Source: Fonticula alba ATCC 38817 (taxonomy: Eukaryota > Protista > Nucleariida). Taken from it: a stretch of DNA of 13,650 bases. Shown here in pieces: positions 7,777-13,650 of this stretch. Position numbers and translations under genes: made by a program. The first letter of the stretch is position 1. Every line of letters begins with the position of its first letter. The stretch is from the NCBI GenBank assembly GCA_000388065.2, contig KB932208.1; one strand, given 5' to 3'. Under the pieces are notes generated by a model. It saw only the letters and a list, made by a program, of their open reading frames with translations, had not been told where the DNA came from and did no database searches.

Positions 7777-10700
7777 TCAGAGCGCCGCTCTGATGGACTC
7801 GTCAGTGGCCATGTGGCCGTAGTAGCTCTGTGGCGAGAGAGTGGAAAGCGCCATGCTGGCGCTGAAGTGCTCGCTCGATGTGAGGTGGGAGGACCGAACC
7901 GAGGCAAGAGCCTCAATGGTCAGATGGCTGGCGGAGAGCATGATGCTGCGCGACCGGGAGACACGTGTATGTAGGATATGTGCTGGGGGATTCCGGCAGC
8001 GCGGGAAAGCCCGGGAGCCAGGCCGCGGGTCGGGTGTCAGAGGGCGACGGGGGAGGCGGAGGCGGAGGCGGAGGCGGAGGCGGAGGNNNNNNNNNNNNNN
8101 NNNNNNNNNNNNNNNNNNNNNNNNNNNNNNNNNNNNNNNNNNNNNNNNNNNNNNNNNNNNNNNNNNNNNNNNNNNNNNNNNNNNNNNNNNNNNNNNNNNN
8201 NNNNNNNNNNNNNNNNNNNNNNNNNNNNNNNNNNNNNNNNNNNNNNNNNNNNNNNNNNNNNNNNNNNNNNNNNNNNNNNNNNNNNNNNNNNNNNNNNNNN
8301 NNNNNNNNNNNNNNNNNNNNNNNNNNNNNNNNNNNNNNNNNNNNNNNNNNNNNNNNNNNNNNNNNNNNNNNNNNNNNNNNNNNNNNNNNNNNNNNNNNNN
8401 NNNNNNNNNNNNNNNNNNNNNNNNNNNNNNNNNNNNNNNNNNNNNNNNNNNNNNNNNNNNNNNNNNGCGGAGGGGGCGAGGGCGACGCACGGGTCGGGGA
8501 AGTTGATGAAGGAGATCAAGGCGGCGACCGGATCGCCGGCCGTTTCGGCCAGTGCCAGCACCGGGGCCATGGACGTGGCGTAGTGATCGACGTCCGGCTG
8601 CATGTTCATGGAAAACAGCAGGCCGGAGGAAAAGTTGCACGACGGCACCGCGCTGTGGCCGGCACAGCTGCAGGGGCCGCCGGGCGGGCGGAAATCCCCG
8701 GGCCCGGGGGAGGGGGAGCTGCCACCGGCGCCGGCGCCATACAGCAGCCCCCCGGCAGCGCCGGGAGCGAGGCGCGTGCCGGCGTGCGCCGGGCACAGGC
8801 CACTGGCGGCCGGCGAGCCGATCCCCTGGCAAGTGGCACACGGGCCAAGGTGCGCGCCGGCCGGCGCCCGGCCGAGCATCGGCCCATACACCGGGCCCAC
8901 CTGAAAGAGGCCCCCGGTGCCGGGGCTGCCGAGGCCGGGGCCGGCGCCGCCGGCGCCGCCGTCAGTGGCAAAGCCAAATGGAGCAAAGGCGTGGCTGCGA
9001 GTGTGGAAGACCCCGCCGCCGTCGCTGGCCGCCCGTCGGTGGCGAATGGCCACCAGGGACCTGGAGGAGGGCGAGGAGGAAGACCCGGAGGAGCCGGCAA
9101 ACCCGCGCGAGGGGCTGCCAACCGTGGGCGAGGGGGTCGACCGGAGGATGGTGACCGAGGGCTTGCTGCCGGCCCAGGAGCTTGGCGATGAGGAGGCCGA
9201 TGACGAGGGGCTGGACGAGGCGGCACATGACACGCACGAGGAGGAGGAGGACGAGGGGGAAGAGGAGGAGGCGCAGGAGGAGGAGGAGGAGGAGGAGGCG
9301 CAGGAGTGGCAGGAGAACGAGGAAAAGGGCGACGAAGAGGAGGGCGGCGGGGTGGGGTGGGTGAAGGGCAGCGATTGCGGCGACGAGGAGGCCGACCAGG
9401 GGAGGGGACCGGCCCCTGCCCCGGGGGGCCGGTGGCGGTGCACTTGCGGCCGGTCACCGAGCGCCGGAGGGCCGGCTGGCCGGCCGCATGCCGCGCAGGC
9501 AGCGTGAGAGCCAGCTCGCGCGCTGCCCGGGCTGCTGCCGGCCCCGGCATTCTCCAAATGCCGCGATAGATCCAAGCTGGCCGGGCGATTGGCATTGGCG
9601 GACAGGCACTTCGGGCAGCTGGGGTCGCCGCCGACCAGGCGGAAGTGCTCGGCATGGGCGTCCAGCGTCAGGTCGCTCAGAGGCCGGCCGGCGCCGGAGG
9701 ACGACGGCCCGGCCGACGGGCCAGGATGCGCGTCGGCCTGGGCCCGGCCCGGGCCACCGACCGGCTGAGTGGCAGTCGGCCGGGCAGTTGGACAGCTCTT
9801 GCTGGGCCCGGTGGCGGAGGGGCCATCGGCGCCGGCGCCAGCACCGGCCCCCGTCTCCTCGAGCTGACCGGCGCAGGGGCCGCACAGGGCCGGCCCGGCA
9901 TCGGGGTCGCGCTCGGGCGCCAGCTGCCCCACCGAGGGCGAGGCGCTGTCGGCCCCGGCCCCGGCCTCCGAGGCCAAGCACAGGGGGCAGCCATTGTGCG
10001 GGCCCCACGACGCGTCGACCAGCGGGTCGGGGCTCGGCACGCCGGCCGCCATGAGCACCACATAGGCGCACTGCGAGGCGAGCATGCGCCCGGCGGCGTC
10101 GAGATCGGCATCCAGCAGGGGAAGCCGCGCCAGGCCGGGCCCATGGGCCGGGCCCGAGCGGCCATCCTCCGGCTCCTCCTGCCCCATGCCGCAGAGGTAC
10201 GAGCTGTCCGCCGGGCCGGCAAAGTAGTTGGAGGAAAAGATGAGGGTCTCATCCAGCGACGAGAGGGCCGCATTGCGCAGCGAGTCGCAGGAGCTGGCAT
10301 CCGCCGACCGGCAGCCGGGGGCAGGCGCCCTGCCGGGGGGGATGCCGTCGGCCGGGGTGGTGCCGGTGGCCATGGCAGCGGCAGCGGCGGTGCCGGGGCC
10401 GATGGGGGCGGTGCCGGCCGGCGGGCTTCCCGACAGCGAGGGGATGTGAAGCGACGAGTCGGACCGCGTGGCCGGGCGCCGGCCAAGGTCGCGGAAGGGG
10501 GCAGCGGGCTGCGGCGTGCGGGGCCGGGTGCGGCCGGCCACCGGGGCCGGGGCACCGCCAGACATGGCGGCCTGCCGGCCCATATGCTCGTGCAGGGCCT
10601 GGAACCAGCCCGGCGAGTAGTAGGGCCATGGCTGGCCGAAGTCGCCGAAGGGCTGCGGGTGCGCTCGCGAGGGGGCGATCTGGCCGAAAAAGCGCCGAGC

Positions 10701-12225
10701 ATGCAGGAGGACCTTCTTCACGCGGCGGACGTCGCCCTGCTGGCAGGCAGCGGCCAGGTCCCGGGAGGAGTACATGCGCAGGGGCTGGTCGAGGGTGCGA
10801 GTGCGGCCGCGGGGGTTGGGCGGCATTTTTTCCCGATGCCCACGCCGGGAGGGGGAGGAGAGTTGTGTGTGTGTGTCAGGGTCGCCGGAGCAAGTGACGG
10901 GGGGCCGGCGGGGGGGGGGACCAAGTCCCAGGGCGACAGTACCATGGATGACCCGCGGGAGGCGGAGGAGAGCATGGACAGGAAGGGGAACTTGCGGGAG
11001 ATCATGCTGGACATGGAGCTGAGCAGGCGGTTCCCGGGCGAGGACCCGGCACTGGTGGCCAGGTGCGGGGGGATGGCCACCAGAGCGGCCGGCGGGCCGA
11101 GCGACCCGACCGAGGACTCGGAGCAGGTGGATGGCCGCCGGGGGGCGGGGGTGTAGTTGAAGGAGGTCTGCAAGGGTGGGCAGGGGGTAGAGGACCGGGG
11201 GAATTAGCGAATGCCGGGTGCCGTGCAGGGGCGCTTGCCATGGCGGGGCTGGCCTCCGAAGGCGAGGGCGTACCGATCGCGTGCGCGGCGACTGGTGGAG
11301 GTCCGAGGAGTGGCTCCGCCTGGAGCAAGGGTGCCCCGGAGAGGAGGGGCCCAGTATACGTGCGTGCGTGCGTGCGTGCGCGCGTGAGTGGGGAGGAGGC
11401 AAAAGGAAAGGCCGCTGCCAGGGCGAGGGCCCCGCGGGAAGGGCGGACCACAAGGACGCACCGGCCGCTGAAGGGATGCGCTGGGCTGGACTCCAGGGAG
11501 GAGGATGGCTGAGATCGGACGGCCGGATGGGCGGCGGCCCCCCGGGGAGGGGGCCCCGGTGGGAGGCTGACGCCGGGGATGCAAGCCACGGCCCCGGACA
11601 GGAGGGCATCATGCTCCAGGGCCGGGGTCGGGCCGCCGGGCTGCGCTACCACCGTCGGCCCGGCGCTCGGGAGCGAGTGCTCGGCGTCCAGGCGCGTGGG
11701 CAGCGAGGGCCGGCGCTTGGCGCCGAAGTGGGCATCGGCCAGGTCGGCGTGCGCGTCGGCCGGCGGCGAGCCGGATCCCGGCGGCGAGGGGTACGACACG
11801 CCCGGGTCGCCGGGGGCCCGGCCGGTGGCCGGGAGCAGCGGGCTCAGGGCCGGCATCGACGGCGAGGGGGATCTCCCGGAGGGCGGCCCCTCGGCGCGTG
11901 GCGGCGGGGGGCCGAGAGGGCTCGGCCCGGCCGGGCCCCATTCGGCGGCCGGCTCTTCGAAGGCATACGCATCGATCAGCGAGTTGGTGGTGTCATCCTC
12001 GTCCTCGTCCTCGAGCCAGTCGCCCGGCGTGGGGGGCTGGAAGCCGGCCAGGACGCGAAGGCGCGCATCGGCCCGGTCGGCCGCCTCGGACACCGCATCA
12101 ATGAGCTGGTCCAGCAGGGCGGCCGACGCGCGAATGGACAGGGACGACTCGTCCAGGGGGGGCTCGCCGTGCGGCGGCAGCGGCGGGGAGCTGTACTGCT
12201 GCCATGCTGCTGGAGCCGGTCTCAT
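7777..12225 (-). CDS. Uncharacterised low-complexity (Pro/Ser/Gly/Ala) protein, ~1165 aa, with an ankyrin-like motif and dispersed CxxC motifs. Exons (-) 12225-11462, 11319-11274, 11167-10943, 10784-8491, 7945-7777; 5' end uncertain
   Basis: Minus-strand introns have pyrimidine tracts and compatible phases: 11461-11320 (gtgcgt..ccAG, phase 2), 11273-11168 (gtacgc..ctaat..gcAG, phase 0), 10942-10785 (gtactg..ccAG, phase 0), 8490-7946 (gtgcgt..gcAG, phase 2, spans the gap). Stop is TGA at 7779-7777. The start is taken as the in-frame ATG at 12225, but upstream exons are possible. Confidence 0.7.
8055..8086 (+). repeat. (GGCGGA)5+ hexamer repeat running into the assembly gap
   Basis: The repeat abuts the Ns on the left and gcggagg resumes at 8467. 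Confidence 0.9.
8087..8466. other. Assembly gap (380 N)
   Basis: Run of n characters. Confidence 1.
11361..11380 (+). repeat. (TGCG)5 in minus-strand intron 11461-11320
   Basis: Read directly from the sequence. Confidence 0.9.
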
Positions 12226-12304
12226 TGGAGAGCAGAGGGGCAGGAGCGGGGCAGGGCGGGAGGGGGGGGGGGAGCAGGGGGAGCCGCGACCGGAGGATAC
12301 GCCC

Positions 12305-12305
<1 letters not shown>

Positions 12306-12351
<46 letters not shown>
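12306..12351 (+). repeat. (TG)23 microsatellite
   Basis: Read directly; it produces the spurious HTHT/CVCV ORF translations. Confidence 0.95.
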
Positions 12352-12353
<2 letters not shown>

Positions 12354-12790
12354 TGTTGCGGCCAGGCGCACGCACGTGCGTGCCTCAAGGGCGAGGGCAG
12401 GGTACGCGCGAGGGGGAGCGAGGGGAGGGCAGGAGGAAGGGGCGGAAGAGAGGGGGTCGCCGTCGGGTGCAGGCGAGTGGCTCGGCAGGTGGGGAGCGAC
12501 GGAGCACACCGGGGCAGGGGGATCGGGCTCCTGCGAGGGAGGAGGAGAGGGGGGGGGGAGAGAGAGAGAGAGATAGGGAGGGGGGAGCGAGGGAGGTACG
12601 TTGGAGGAGCGCGACGTGGAGGCGGGCGGGTCGAAGGCTGGAAGGGTGGTGCTCCAGGCTGGAGTCCGGTTTGCCCGGGGCTCCGGCCGAAGAAGCATCA
12701 AGATCTGGCCCGACCGGGGCGGCGCTCCGAAGGGACGCGTGCATGTGCGCGAGGGAGAGGGCAAGAGCGGGGGAGGGGGGAGAGAGAACG

Positions 12791-12812
12791 TGTGTGTGTG
12801 TGTGTGTGTGTG
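12791..12812 (+). repeat. (TG)11 microsatellite
   Basis: Read directly from the sequence. Confidence 0.92.
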
Positions 12813-13650
12813 CGGAGAGCCGGCAGGGTGGCGCGCGCAGGCGCTCTCGCAACCCGCTTGGCCCGGGCGCGCGCGGCCGCGGGCGCCGCTCTGGTGCCTA
12901 CTCTCTGCGGCCCGGGCGGCACAACCTTGTCTGCCGGGCGGGCGCACACGCGCGCGCCGTGGGGGTGGCGGGCGGGCGGCCGAGGGGCCGTCCTGGCGCC
13001 AAAGCACACAGACACACGCATATGCGCGTCGCTCACACGCACATACATGGGCGCATAGCACGCACGCACATAGCTCACATGCGCGCGGGCAGCCGCTCGC
13101 CCGCGCCGGCGTGCGCTCTGCGGCCCGCCCCACACCCGGGGCCGATGCCGCGCGGCGCAGGGCAGGGGGGGGGGGGGGGGCCGGGCGGCCGGAACCGCCC
13201 CCCCGTGCCGAGGGGCCCGGATCGGTGCGCCGGACAACCGGCCGAGGTGGAGCGCGCCCGGCCCCGCAGAGCTCGGAGGGCGCGCGCCGGGGGGCACACG
13301 CAAGCACCCGCAAAAGGGGGGGACGGTCGCTCGGGCGCGACCTGCGGCGGCGCCGGGGCCGGGGCCGGAATTCCGCCCGCCCGCCCGCCCGCTGTGCGGG
13401 GCCCCCCCCCCACACGGCATGCCCGAGGATGAAACTGTCACAGCCGGGCGTTGATCCGGCGGGGACAAGCACGGCCAGCCGGCGATGGGTGTCGCGGGCC
13501 GGGCGTTTGGCCGCGCATTCCCCGGGCCCCGGGAGCGTGCGCGGTGGCCCGGGGGCCGGGGCTCGGGCCCGGAGCCCGAGGAGGGGGCGCCCGGGGCCGG
13601 CCGGATCTCCAACGCAGCCCCGCCAAAGAGCCCGCCCCCCCCCCCCCCCC

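Noticed and set aside
7841-8086. Plus-strand ORF MESAMLALKCSLDVRWEDR... as a separate gene
   Set aside because: It overlaps the terminal exon of the minus-strand gene in antisense. The pyrimidine tract, branch-like CTGAC and phase-matched acceptor are on the minus strand.
8917-9507. Plus-strand Glu-rich ORF (EEEEDEGEEEEAQEEEE...) resembling a nucleolin or histone-chaperone acidic tract
   Set aside because: It is the reverse complement of TCC/TCG serine runs in the long minus-strand exon and has no + strand gene structure around it. Stranded RNA-seq would be the definitive test.
11579-13626. Long ORFs with CVCVCV/HTHTHT runs as Cys- or His-rich metal-binding proteins
   Set aside because: They are translations of (TG)n/(CA)n microsatellites; ORF length reflects scarcity of stop codons in very GC-rich DNA.
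1-13650. tRNA, rRNA, snRNA or transposon features
   Set aside because: No cloverleaf, rRNA-like sequence, terminal inverted repeats, LTRs, target-site duplications or transposase/RT motifs were recognisable by eye.

Overview
This is GC-rich eukaryotic genomic DNA with short spliceosomal introns (about 105-200 nt, mostly GTGCGT/GTACGT-type donors) read in the standard code, so the unspliced ORF track is largely misleading. My unverified guess is a GC-rich protist such as the metamonad Paratrimastix. Three genes can be rebuilt by hand. (1) The 3' half of the DNA polymerase delta catalytic subunit (POLD1/POL3), 8 exons, 115-2655 (+). (2) A 3-exon gene, 3413-7502 (+), for a ~1267-aa type I membrane protein. 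It has a signal peptide, Ser/Thr mucin-like repeat arrays, two degenerate C-type-lectin-like segments, one TM helix and an Arg-rich tail, and only one lysine in the whole predicted protein. (3) A convergent, at least 5-exon gene, ~12225-7777 (-), for a ~1165-aa low-complexity protein with an orphan ankyrin-like motif and seven scattered CxxC motifs; its last intron spans a 380-N assembly gap. I found no RNA genes, CRISPR arrays or mobile elements. The best candidates for new biology are the lysine-free mucin/lectin-like surface protein, the unexplained CxxC/ankyrin-like protein and the unusual +4C splice-donor consensus. All domain calls are by eye and from memory; no searches were run.
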